A stretch of 64,000 bases of DNA from a virus (taxonomy: Duplodnaviria > Caudoviricetes): the IMG/VR virus record IMGVR_UViG_3300020577_002562, positions 1 through 64,000 of that record. One strand, 5' to 3'. Made by a program: the position numbers and the translations under genes. The notes beneath the pieces are model-generated. The model saw nothing but the letters and a program-made list of their open reading frames with translations, was not told the origin of the DNA and searched no databases. Positions 46,258 to 55,479 of this stretch are shown in pieces; within the stretch, counting starts at the first letter, position 1; each line of letters starts with the position of its first letter.

Positions 46258-47970
46258 ATGAAACGACTCAAGCCCTTCGGACCGGTTGACGGATTCATTC
46301 ACGTTGGCCTGGTATCCATGTTGTTTTACATGGCAGTGTTTGCCAAACAGAAGCCCTTTCTCAGCGCTGAACTGCTGAAGTCATTGAAGCAATGGGTGCC
46401 ATTGGGTCGTGAGTTCGTCAAGAAGTACGGCATTAGCATCAAAGCATACCAGGCGTACACTCAGTTGCTGATGGTGGCTACTGAAGAAGAAACCATCGAT
46501 GACCACTTGTATGAGCTACTAGATTCCTATAGGGCCGCAATGCCCAAGATTCAGCGTGATGTGTCCATCTCTCACGAACAGCTAGGCATGATCAAGGACA
46601 TCATGCTGTGGATGAAGAACGAGAGTTGCAATGCACTGGCGCGAGTGGAGCGTGGACTGTCTACAGTCACAAGTGAATCAGCGTTGATAGCGGGCTTCCA
46701 GAAGGACTTGGAATCCCAAGATCCGTTCTTGGAAGAGTTGATCCCATTGGTGAAGAAGCTTGGGGGTTCTGGTGTTCCAATCAAGTGGGAACTCACCATT
46801 GAGGAGTCCAGGGCAGTAAACAAAACTAAGCCAGCCCTGTACAAGAAGTATCTTGAACTCAAGCGTACTGTAGAGGGCATAGCGAAGCGCGGACTGATGG
46901 ATTACGTTCGCGCCTCTGGCAAGGAGTCGGTTCCGATTAAAGACGCAGTCAAGTATCTCGAAGCTCAAGGGATACAGCACAAGCTTCCAATGGAGTTCAA
47001 AGGCAACGTCGGTGAAGATGGTGCTCTGTATACTGGTGGTGCCAAACAGCTCAGGCTGTCGTCTGCACCTCGATACAAGATCGTGATGAATCCAAAATAT
47101 GATCCAATCAAAGACGATCAGTTCGTAGCCACGGAGATTCGTCCGACGCTAAACGCCAAGGGTAAACCTAACGTTGCACACCTCTACACTGTGCAGTACA
47201 CGCGTCGCTCCATGCGCGAGAAGTACAAGATGGTGAGTGTGCTCATTAAGAATCAGAACAAGTACCGTCGTAAGTGGATTGAGGACATGAAGTCAGATGA
47301 TCCAGATCGTTGGGTGTTCGGTCTGATGGTTGAGTTGTCTTACAGCACATGCGCTCGTATCTCGGAGCCAGGAGCGGAGAATACGAAGGGCCGCACTTTT
47401 GGATTGAGTTCCTGGCTGGTTGGCAACATCAAACGAATGGGGCCTTCTAGAATCATTGAATACACTGGTAAGGACTCTGTACACCACAAGCACAAGATCG
47501 ACCCGAGCACAGCCATTTCTCGCCTAGTAATCAAGCGTTTGGATTCGTTGACCAAAGACCGCCCGCGTAAAGAACTAGTGTTTGAGGTGGATGGCAAGTA
47601 TTACTCACCACAGAAGATTCGTACCTATTTCAAGACGTTGACCGGCATTTCTGATGTGTCGATTCACAAGATCCGAACCATGCGAGGCACTGAGTTGGCG
47701 GAGAAGGAATTGGAAAAGCGGATTGGCATCCTTGATTCTAAACGCTCTCTCACGCAGACAGTTGTTGACAAGTCATTCCAAGAAGCATTGACCGCAGTTG
47801 GCAAGCTCCTGGGTCACGTGAAGGGGGTCGGTGCAGAACAGAAAGCGACGTGGACCACCGCTAGTAAGAGCTACGTGGACGCGGACTTGCAACGTTCCTT
47901 CTATGAGCACTTTGCAGATCGTGGCATACGTCTGAATAAGACGGTCGCCCGCAACGTTGGAACTAAGTGA
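46258..47970 (+). CDS. Type IB DNA topoisomerase-like protein with a long N-terminal extension
   Basis: STCARI, TFGL, YTGKDSV.H, HKIRT..GT, LGH, T.SKSYVD. Confidence 0.8.
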   Translation: MKRLKPFGPVDGFIHVGLVSMLFYMAVFAKQKPFLSAELLKSLKQWVPLGREFVKKYGISIKAYQAYTQLLMVATEEETIDDHLYELLDSYRAAMPKIQRDVSISHEQLGMIKDIMLWMKNESCNALARVERGLSTVTSESALIAGFQKDLESQDPFLEELIPLVKKLGGSGVPIKWELTIEESRAVNKTKPALYKKYLELKRTVEGIAKRGLMDYVRASGKESVPIKDAVKYLEAQGIQHKLPMEFKGNVGEDGALYTGGAKQLRLSSAPRYKIVMNPKYDPIKDDQFVATEIRPTLNAKGKPNVAHLYTVQYTRRSMREKYKMVSVLIKNQNKYRRKWIEDMKSDDPDRWVFGLMVELSYSTCARISEPGAENTKGRTFGLSSWLVGNIKRMGPSRIIEYTGKDSVHHKHKIDPSTAISRLVIKRLDSLTKDRPRKELVFEVDGKYYSPQKIRTYFKTLTGISDVSIHKIRTMRGTELAEKELEKRIGILDSKRSLTQTVVDKSFQEALTAVGKLLGHVKGVGAEQKATWTTASKSYVDADLQRSFYEHFADRGIRLNKTVARNVGTK

Positions 47971-47979
47971 AAGCCCATC

Positions 47980-48327
47980 ATGAAATTTGATCCTCTGCGT
48001 TTTGGTACCTCTCTTGTTCGCAAGATCGGTGTGCGTAGTCTTCGAGAGAAGTCTCTGAAGTTCGGTGTTGGGTTCATTCATATGGAGCGTGGTGAACTAG
48101 CCAATGCGTTTCCAACAGTTCAAGTCTTGAATGGTAAGCTCAAGAGGCTCAATTCAAACCGACTCGACATCGAGACCCCACCACAAACGTTCGATCTTGC
48201 CCGCAATCATGGTGGATTCATTACCACGTATAGAGCTACCATCAATGATGCAGGCGGTGAAACTGCCGTGGATCTTGAAATCCAGATCGATACTGTAGCA
48301 GCTACCCTCCTTGTTTACGAAGTGTGA
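47980..48327 (+). CDS. Hypothetical protein
   Basis: Packed run. Confidence 0.65.
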   Translation: MKFDPLRFGTSLVRKIGVRSLREKSLKFGVGFIHMERGELANAFPTVQVLNGKLKRLNSNRLDIETPPQTFDLARNHGGFITTYRATINDAGGETAVDLEIQIDTVAATLLVYEV

Positions 48328-48764
48328 TCGCAGCCATGCGCAAGCTCAAGCAAAGCAACGAGTACATCGACCGGCTGATCCTGGAGTTCATGCGTCGCTT
48401 TCCGTCACTGACTACCCGTAGCGGAGCTTATGACAAGTGCAAGCTGGTTAGCCTGGAACTGGCAGCATTCTTGCGCAAGCGTGGCCTCAAGGCTTCGATG
48501 ATCCATCTGCAAACGCCGACAGACGCTTACCCGAACGCTTGCAGCCAATGGCTAGAAAAGCCGGCTGAGGAATGGTCGCACTACGTAGTGAAGGTCGGTA
48601 CTCGATTGATTGATGCCACGGCTCGCCAGTTCGACCCCAAGGCCGATGTTCCGCAAGTGTTACCGATGAGTGTGATGCGTACTAAGTGGAAGGTCATCGA
48701 AGAGGACTCTTTCTTGGATCGTTGGGTCACAGAAGTGATGCCGGTCAAAGAGTTCAACGTATGA
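48324..48764 (+). CDS. Transglutaminase/papain-like protein
   Basis: DKCKLVS..L, HYVVKVG, LIDATARQF (Cys-His-Asp order); likely start at ATG 48336. Confidence 0.6.
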   Translation: MIAAMRKLKQSNEYIDRLILEFMRRFPSLTTRSGAYDKCKLVSLELAAFLRKRGLKASMIHLQTPTDAYPNACSQWLEKPAEEWSHYVVKVGTRLIDATARQFDPKADVPQVLPMSVMRTKWKVIEEDSFLDRWVTEVMPVKEFNV

Positions 48765-49327
48765 AGCGCTTGCAAGTAGCTGCTATCGGCGCCGTCAAGA
48801 AGGGTGCGTTTCATAAGTGGCTGGGCAAGTCTGAGGATTCGCCAATCACTGATGCAGACATCAAGAAGGGCCTAGCATCTGATGATGCGCATGTGCGTAA
48901 GATGGCGAACTTCGCCCGCAATGCTAAGAAGTGGGCGCACTCATCGAGCATCGGGCATCTGGATTCAGAGACTGCTGCCTGGCCCAAAGACTTCTTCAGC
49001 TTGTGTGCCAAAGAGATGCCAAAGGAGTTTAAGGAAGCAGTGAGTATCACCATCCGTGGCTACTACAAAGACATCATGGATTTCACCTGCTACATGAGAA
49101 CATCGCAATCGAACCCTTTGATTCGCTTCTATGATTTCGAGCAGGACACGAGCACCAAGCCAGCGACCAAAGAAGGCGTAGACGACTTTGTGGCGGACAT
49201 CCGCAAGATCGCTAAGAAGAATGGGATGGTTGAAATACGCGACATCAAGAACATGATGGGCCACACGTATGCGTTGACTCGCCTTCCGCGTGGTAACGGT
49301 CTGCGGGTGATTGCGCTTCTTCGCTGA
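48761..49327 (+). CDS. Hypothetical protein
   Basis: Start MKRLQ overlaps the upstream stop; KKGAFHKWLG...RKMANFARN. Confidence 0.7.
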   Translation: MKRLQVAAIGAVKKGAFHKWLGKSEDSPITDADIKKGLASDDAHVRKMANFARNAKKWAHSSSIGHLDSETAAWPKDFFSLCAKEMPKEFKEAVSITIRGYYKDIMDFTCYMRTSQSNPLIRFYDFEQDTSTKPATKEGVDDFVADIRKIAKKNGMVEIRDIKNMMGHTYALTRLPRGNGLRVIALLR

Positions 49328-49356
49328 CCAATCGATACAGACTGTCGGTAAAGTAA

Positions 49357-49794
49357 ATGAAGCAGCTTGTCCAACGTGACCAACGCGCCCGGTCACTTGA
49401 ACGGTACGGAACGACCCACTACTTTGTGCCGTTTCCGATGGAGAACATCGACGATAACTTGAGCCTGCTGTACTTGATGATGAAGCACCGACTGCCAAAG
49501 GCTTCTGTCGTCAAGATTGCGGTGGATAGTCTAGTGGCGATACAGAACTCTGTTAGCTGTGCCGGAGTTCGTAGATACAAGCGAGGTGATCGCAACCCCA
49601 TCCTAGTAGCAAGAATCAATGGGGTCAACTACATCATTGATGGAACACACCGAGCAACTGCTGCGTGGGCTATGCGAGAACCGTTCGTGTATGCTCACTA
49701 CCTTGAGTTCAGAGGGTTGGACTTGAGGCACCATTACGGTGGAATGACAACATCAGAGTGGAACGCTCTGTATGATGAGGCCTTAGTGAAATGA
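49357..49794 (+). CDS. ParB/Srx-like domain protein
   Basis: L.AIQ..V, PILVARINGVNYIIDGTHRATAA. Confidence 0.7.
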   Translation: MKQLVQRDQRARSLERYGTTHYFVPFPMENIDDNLSLLYLMMKHRLPKASVVKIAVDSLVAIQNSVSCAGVRRYKRGDRNPILVARINGVNYIIDGTHRATAAWAMREPFVYAHYLEFRGLDLRHHYGGMTTSEWNALYDEALVK

Positions 49795-50273
49795 AACAGC
49801 TAGTCACGGCAAAGACCTACAAGCCTTTCACTAGAGCTGGTGGTCTGTATAGCTCCTGCACAGTCAAGGATGAAGCACGTTTGGTGTCGTGGTGTCAGAA
49901 CCTACAACTGCCGGTGGAAGAGGCAGAGAATGGTGAACTGCATGTCACCGTGATCTACAGTCCACAGCATTGTCCTCCCGACGCTACTCCGCTTCCGACC
50001 TCAGGTATGGCAACGGTGATCGGAGTAGATCTGTTTGGACCAGAGGGTGATACACTGGTCTTGCTGCTGCAAAGTGCATTTCTGGCCGAGTTGCACGACC
50101 GCTGGCGGGATCTTGGTTGCGTGCCAACCTTTCCTATGTACAGGCCACACATCACATTACAAAAGAACGTGCGCCAGTGTGATCTGGAGGGCTTCAATTC
50201 TCGAATCCAGTGCAGTCCACTGCTGACGGTAGAGTTATCTCCTGAAGTACTAGAGGACATCAAAGATGGGTAA
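49791..50273 (+). CDS. acb1: 2H phosphodiesterase, anti-CBASS Acb1 family
   Basis: GLY, LHVTVIYS, LFG, LVL.L.S..L..LH, FP.YRPHITL. Confidence 0.8.
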   Translation: MKQLVTAKTYKPFTRAGGLYSSCTVKDEARLVSWCQNLQLPVEEAENGELHVTVIYSPQHCPPDATPLPTSGMATVIGVDLFGPEGDTLVLLLQSAFLAELHDRWRDLGCVPTFPMYRPHITLQKNVRQCDLEGFNSRIQCSPLLTVELSPEVLEDIKDG

Positions 50274-50499
50274 TCCTTACGCTTACCGACCTCGTCCACA
50301 ATCCAAGTTCAACAGATACAGTGTCACTGTCCAGTACGCGGGCGAGATGAAAGAGTATGAGACAATGGCACAGACTGAAGCAGGTGCCAAAGCAAACGTA
50401 GCGTACCGTGTCGCCAAGGACTGGAATCTAGTGGTCAGTCTGGTACACGCTAAGATACGTTCAGGTGACATCGTGTTCACCATCAAACAAATCGGCTGA
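50266..50499 (+). CDS. Hypothetical protein
   Basis: Packed run. Confidence 0.6.
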   Translation: MGNPYAYRPRPQSKFNRYSVTVQYAGEMKEYETMAQTEAGAKANVAYRVAKDWNLVVSLVHAKIRSGDIVFTIKQIG

Positions 50500-50567
50500 A
50501 TCAGCCCTACTCAAGCTCCAAACCTGATCGTTAGATCTACGGTGACTGCAATACAAGGAAGACGATC

Positions 50568-50978
50568 ATGGAAGCCGGAGCCAACTCTATCTTTCAGTGG
50601 GTGCTCTCTATGAACGCTGCAACGTGGACACTGCTGGTCCTGACGGTTGCTGGTCTAGCAGTTGCCTGGCGTGCTCAGACACGCGATGACTTCGACTTTG
50701 CTCGCATGCTGCTGGACAGCAACGGCAAACCCAGCGCCACGCGAATGGGAACGTTTGTGTGCTTGGCGGTCAGCACTTACGTCTTGATCTTGGCCTTCAT
50801 CAACGCCAAGGACAACGTCACCACCAATGTCCTCTATATGTTCGGCATCTACTTGGCAGTGTGGAGTGGTGCAAAAGTCATCGAGCGTGCCATTGACGCA
50901 TGGGTCTCGATCAAGGGAGGCAATCCACTTCCACCAGCGCCACAAGTACAAACGCCTCCCACTGCTGAAGACAAGTGA
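50568..50978 (+). CDS. Membrane protein (holin-like)
   Basis: 3 TMs; D.NGKPS.TR motif. Confidence 0.6.
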   Translation: MEAGANSIFQWVLSMNAATWTLLVLTVAGLAVAWRAQTRDDFDFARMLLDSNGKPSATRMGTFVCLAVSTYVLILAFINAKDNVTTNVLYMFGIYLAVWSGAKVIERAIDAWVSIKGGNPLPPAPQVQTPPTAEDK

Positions 50979-51469
50979 TGAAACGACTTGTGCAAAGACT
51001 AACTGCCACGAACGTTACTGATCTGACGATCAGGCGTTGGTACGATAAGTCTACGAGAAACTGGATCGTCACTCTACATGACTCTGATGACAATCAAGTA
51101 GGTGATAGCATTGTTGTCTATAGTCGCGGTGAAGCCTCGAACATCAAGAAAGACAATCCAGCGTTCAATGTACCCTCGGAGCCGGAAGACCGCTACGGCT
51201 TTTCCGTGCCTCAAGAGTTTAGGCCGGCGATGAGGGCGCTCGTCCGAACTGTAGACACAAATCCAGGTGATGTCCAAGTTTGGGACGTAAAGACCAGGTC
51301 GCTTAAGTTTCGCCTCTACTACAGCAGCGCCACGCTCTTCATCACACGCGATTCAGCAGGGGCAAGAGGAGTCTGCGGTGTGTTGCCAATTCTGCGTTGG
51401 ATGAAAGCGAAACTCGTGCGCCTGCGGTTGGGTACTCAAGAGCTAACTCTACGCAATCTTAAAGCTTGA
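50978..51469 (+). CDS. Hypothetical protein
   Basis: MKRLV start. Confidence 0.65.
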   Translation: MKRLVQRLTATNVTDLTIRRWYDKSTRNWIVTLHDSDDNQVGDSIVVYSRGEASNIKKDNPAFNVPSEPEDRYGFSVPQEFRPAMRALVRTVDTNPGDVQVWDVKTRSLKFRLYYSSATLFITRDSAGARGVCGVLPILRWMKAKLVRLRLGTQELTLRNLKA

Positions 51470-51471
51470 CC

Positions 51472-52200
51472 ATGAAACGGCTTGCCAAACCTGTCACGTA
51501 TGCTCAGTACCGCCACGCTATCTTGGCTGCCACTGGCCAGGAAGTTGCGTGGTCTTTCTCTTTGCCTCCGCAACTGGTCAAGTTCGTAGCGACGATCAAA
51601 CAGGTGCTGAAGCAGATTGCTGACCAGACGGGCGCGGCAATCGCGGACATAGGTAGAGCACTGGCACACAAGCAGATGTTCGCAGTGCTGAAAGCAATCG
51701 GATTCAACCTGAAGAAGCTGTTGGATGGGTTTGGCAAGCTGATGGCATTGATGCGTCAAGGTCTGACTGACGTGTTCAGAGCACTTGAAGACAAAGGAGT
51801 GCTGAAGCACTTGGCAAGTGGTGCTCATCACGTAGATGAGTTCCTTGATCATCACCCAGTGTTGCGCAAACTGATCGGATCAGCATTGGCTGCGTTCTTG
51901 TTCTGGGTGTGGTTGAACATGGCTTTCGTTGGTGACCCGGCGTATGACTTTGACCTTAGCTCGGTAGTTGCCGCATTCTCTGGTCGGTACACCATCTACC
52001 AATTCTTTGCCAGCCCTGATGCCTTGACCACGTTCACGTTCTTGGCGGCGGGCTTCTTGGGCTTTGGAGTACAGTGGCTTGGAGCTACCATACCGAACCT
52101 CATTGTAGCGATGGTGGCTACAGGCTTCAAGATGTGGAAAGACTCCGCGCACAAGAAGCAACTGCAACCAGTGTTGAAGCTTACTAGGCTAACACCATGA
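51472..52200 (+). CDS. Membrane protein with amphipathic helices
   Basis: MKRLA start; 2-3 C-terminal TMs. Confidence 0.7.
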   Translation: MKRLAKPVTYAQYRHAILAATGQEVAWSFSLPPQLVKFVATIKQVLKQIADQTGAAIADIGRALAHKQMFAVLKAIGFNLKKLLDGFGKLMALMRQGLTDVFRALEDKGVLKHLASGAHHVDEFLDHHPVLRKLIGSALAAFLFWVWLNMAFVGDPAYDFDLSSVVAAFSGRYTIYQFFASPDALTTFTFLAAGFLGFGVQWLGATIPNLIVAMVATGFKMWKDSAHKKQLQPVLKLTRLTP

Positions 52201-54119
52201 AACAACTGATGACTCTGGCAGCGAACATCTCCGATCTGGAACGTTTGGTACGTTTGCTGAAGAAGGCCAAAGACTCGTACTACAATGATGGTACGTTCTA
52301 CAGGGCAGAGCCGCGTGAGTTTCCTGCTGATCTGCGCCCAGACGGCCCACAGCTAATCACGGACAAGCGTTACGATAAGCTGGAAGACGCACTGCGAGAA
52401 CGCGACCCGACGAACAAGCTGTTGCGCAGCGTCGGTACTGCGTCAAGACAAAAGGTCAAGCTCCCGTTCTACATGGGCAGCTTGACCAAAGTACGTTCAG
52501 AGTCGGAAATCGTTGACTGGTCCGAAGAGTACCCAGGACCATGGGTCATCAGCGACAAGATCGATGGCATCAGCATTCTCTTGTCATACAAGAGCGACGC
52601 GGTGAAACTCTACACGAGAGGTGAAGCTACCTCTGGTATGGACATCACGCATCTGGCACCGCATCTCAAGTTGCCGAAGCTGAAGGGCACGTTTGCCTTG
52701 CGTGGCGAACTGGTGATGAGCAAGTCACGGTTCGACAGTAAGTGGGCGCAAGCATTCAAGAACCCTCGCAACATGGCGGCCGGCTTGGCGAATCGCAAAG
52801 ACGTACATGATGCAGTCAAAGACCTGACGGTCATGATCTACGAAGTGCTTGTGCCTCGCGTCAAACCATCGCGTGCTCTGAAGTGGGCCAAGTCCAAGGG
52901 ATTCACTGTTGTTCCGCACAAAGTCGTCACTGACATCGACGGAGACTATCTGCACCAGACGTTCATGCGTCGGCGTGCCGCAGGCAAGTACGAAGTTGAC
53001 GGTTTGGTGTTGGTTCAAGACCAGGTTCATCCGTTGAACAAGCAGCCGTATCCAGATTGGGGGCGTGCGTTCAAGAGCGAGTTGGCGGATGACGTTGCCA
53101 ATGCCACAGTCAAGAGCGTGGAGTGGAGACCTAGTCGTCACGGCTACCTGGTGCCGCTGATTCACGTTGAGCCGGTTAAGCTCAAGGGCGTGACTGTCAG
53201 CAAAGCCAGCGGTAAGAATGCAGGCTTCATCCGTGACAACAAGATCGGCACTGGTGCTGTAGTGAGGCTGCGCCGCAGCGGTGACGTGATCCCGGACGTG
53301 AAAGATGGCGACGTAATCAAGCCAGCACGCAAAGCGGCACTGCCACCCGCCACGTATCGCTGGCACTGGGACAGCGGTCAAGTCAACATCGTGCTGACTT
53401 CCAAGACGGAACAGAAGAACGCACCTGAAATTCAAGTGCAGGTGCTTGAGCACTTCTTCAAGACGTTGGGGGTTGAGCGGATCAAGGCAGCTACACTGAT
53501 GTTGTTCGTAGAACAGGGTTATCAGAATGTGATCCAGGTGCTGCGTTTGAGTCGTCGTCAGTTCACCAACATCGAAGGAGGGTCGGCCAAGGTGTTGGAT
53601 GCTGTGTACGATCAGCTGCAGGAGCGTCTGGCGGAAGTCGATCTACCGACGCTGATGGATGCATCGAACGTGTTTGGACGGGGCTTTGGTACACGTCGAT
53701 GCTCGGCCATCGTCAATGCATTGCCCAATATTCTGAAGCTCAGTGGTCGGGAAGACTTGCCGCAGCGCATCGACGAGATTGAGGGCTTCGACTTGAAGAC
53801 TGCTAGCGGCTTTGCCGCCAAGCTCCCTCTGTTCGTGAAGTGGCTTGCAAAGTCTGGTATCACACCGCGTGGGCCAAAGCGTGTACGTCCGGTTGGCAGC
53901 AAGCTGGACGGCCACCGTGTTCTGTTCACAGGTTTCCGTGATAGCGACTTGGAGAAGCGCATCGTTGCCAACGGGGGTCAGATTGCTAGTGGTGCTAGTA
54001 AGGCCACTATTCTGCTGGCGAAAGACCCTGGAGGCAACTCTGCCAAGTTGAATGCCGCACGGCAGCGTGGGATCAAGATCATGACGGCAGACCAGTTCAT
54101 TCGCAAGTACGGTATCTGA
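52197..54119 (+). CDS. ligA: NAD-dependent DNA ligase
   Basis: YYN, YDKL, MGSL.K, KIDG, TRG, RGE, NPRN, EVDG, RSGDVIP, C-terminal BRCT (FTGFRD..LE). Confidence 0.95.
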   Translation: MKQLMTLAANISDLERLVRLLKKAKDSYYNDGTFYRAEPREFPADLRPDGPQLITDKRYDKLEDALRERDPTNKLLRSVGTASRQKVKLPFYMGSLTKVRSESEIVDWSEEYPGPWVISDKIDGISILLSYKSDAVKLYTRGEATSGMDITHLAPHLKLPKLKGTFALRGELVMSKSRFDSKWAQAFKNPRNMAAGLANRKDVHDAVKDLTVMIYEVLVPRVKPSRALKWAKSKGFTVVPHKVVTDIDGDYLHQTFMRRRAAGKYEVDGLVLVQDQVHPLNKQPYPDWGRAFKSELADDVANATVKSVEWRPSRHGYLVPLIHVEPVKLKGVTVSKASGKNAGFIRDNKIGTGAVVRLRRSGDVIPDVKDGDVIKPARKAALPPATYRWHWDSGQVNIVLTSKTEQKNAPEIQVQVLEHFFKTLGVERIKAATLMLFVEQGYQNVIQVLRLSRRQFTNIEGGSAKVLDAVYDQLQERLAEVDLPTLMDASNVFGRGFGTRRCSAIVNALPNILKLSGREDLPQRIDEIEGFDLKTASGFAAKLPLFVKWLAKSGITPRGPKRVRPVGSKLDGHRVLFTGFRDSDLEKRIVANGGQIASGASKATILLAKDPGGNSAKLNAARQRGIKIMTADQFIRKYGI

Positions 54120-54220
54120 CCATGAAACCGTCTACTAGCCGCATACAGCTTGGAAAATGTCCAAGAACGAAGCCCAAGAGTTCACGGAAGCCAACCTGAT
54201 ATAGATAGGTAGAATCCATT

Positions 54221-55039
54221 ATGTCATATGTAGTAACGCGGAAGTTCACGTACTACTCGGCGAAGAACTCGCGGGAGCTGAATTTAACTCCAGGTGATGT
54301 GTTCAACTGCTCATTCAATGAGGCAACACGCTTCTATACCATTGAAGTACAAGGGGACATAAAGTATAGATTGACCGGCGTCGCATGGAAAACATTGTTA
54401 GAGCACTCTCAACCCGTCAAAACGGTTAAAGAGGGTGGTCTAGACTTAAAGTATCTGACTAGGTGGTGGGATTCGCTATCAAGCGCCGAACAACGGAGAG
54501 AACTTTCATTGATCCAGATGGTTCCAGAGTGGTTTACTACCGGAGCTTTTGGAAAGAAGATGCGATTATCATCCAAACCTTCGCTAGCGGGTATGTATGA
54601 TAGCCAAGCTGTATATGAAGGTGCTCCTAGAGTTTGGCTGAGACTGCGTAGACTGATGAAGAAACTACCACCAGTTCGCACAGTGTACAGAGTACAGGCC
54701 ATCTCAAGAACTGCTTTAGTGAGGACGTCAACTACAGTTACTCCGCTAAAGGATATGACCAGTTTCTCACTGTCACCCGACATAAAAGACACACTGTTGG
54801 CTATACTACCAAAAATGCGTGGCGGTCCCAAAGTTTTATTGACCGTTCGCGTTACTGATGAAAGCCAAGTCCTGTTTGACTACCGATGGGTACGAAGCGT
54901 ACTGAACTCGACTGTAGATCATCCTTGGCTGAATCAGATACGTAAAAGTTGGCGTGTGGTGTATCGCTCTTTTCTTCTTGAAGAAGAAATAGTCCTGTAC
55001 ACTCCAAAACCATTCCGAGCAAAGCTTATCCCTCTTTGA
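54221..55039 (+). CDS. Candidate R-S-E-clade ADP-ribosyltransferase with an SH3-like N-terminus
   Basis: TVYR, MTSFS, LEEEIVL in the expected order; ELNLTPGD. Confidence 0.45.
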   Translation: MSYVVTRKFTYYSAKNSRELNLTPGDVFNCSFNEATRFYTIEVQGDIKYRLTGVAWKTLLEHSQPVKTVKEGGLDLKYLTRWWDSLSSAEQRRELSLIQMVPEWFTTGAFGKKMRLSSKPSLAGMYDSQAVYEGAPRVWLRLRRLMKKLPPVRTVYRVQAISRTALVRTSTTVTPLKDMTSFSLSPDIKDTLLAILPKMRGGPKVLLTVRVTDESQVLFDYRWVRSVLNSTVDHPWLNQIRKSWRVVYRSFLLEEEIVLYTPKPFRAKLIPL

Positions 55040-55477
55040 ATGATTGAAGACCCCATGACCGACATGACCGAAGCAATTGGCGTTGTGCATTACAAGAAGG
55101 GCTACAAGTACCAGTTGGTACAGGCTTTCAAGATCCAGACTACGGTGAAGCCTCCATTGGATGTGCATACCGACTGGATCGACTTGACCAAAGACGGCAT
55201 GCTGACGCTGGCTCCAGGTTATGCATGGAATGGACCGAATTGGCCTGCCATTGACACTGAGACTTTCCGGCGCGGGTCTCTGGTGCACGATGCTCTATAC
55301 CAACTGATCTCTGACATGAAGATCAGTACGTCCATGAGAGCGGAGGCTGATCACATGCTGAGAAGGGTCTGTATAGACTCTGGTATGTGGCCGCCGCGTG
55401 CTTGGTGGGTATGGACTGGAGTGCGAATTTTCGGCCGTAAGTACGCAACTGCCATCAATCCAACACTAGTGGCGTGA
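55040..55477 (+). CDS. DUF1353-like protein
   Basis: GYAWNG, SLVHDALYQ, R.EAD, VRIFG. Confidence 0.75.
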   Translation: MIEDPMTDMTEAIGVVHYKKGYKYQLVQAFKIQTTVKPPLDVHTDWIDLTKDGMLTLAPGYAWNGPNWPAIDTETFRRGSLVHDALYQLISDMKISTSMRAEADHMLRRVCIDSGMWPPRAWWVWTGVRIFGRKYATAINPTLVA

Positions 55478-55479
55478 TC

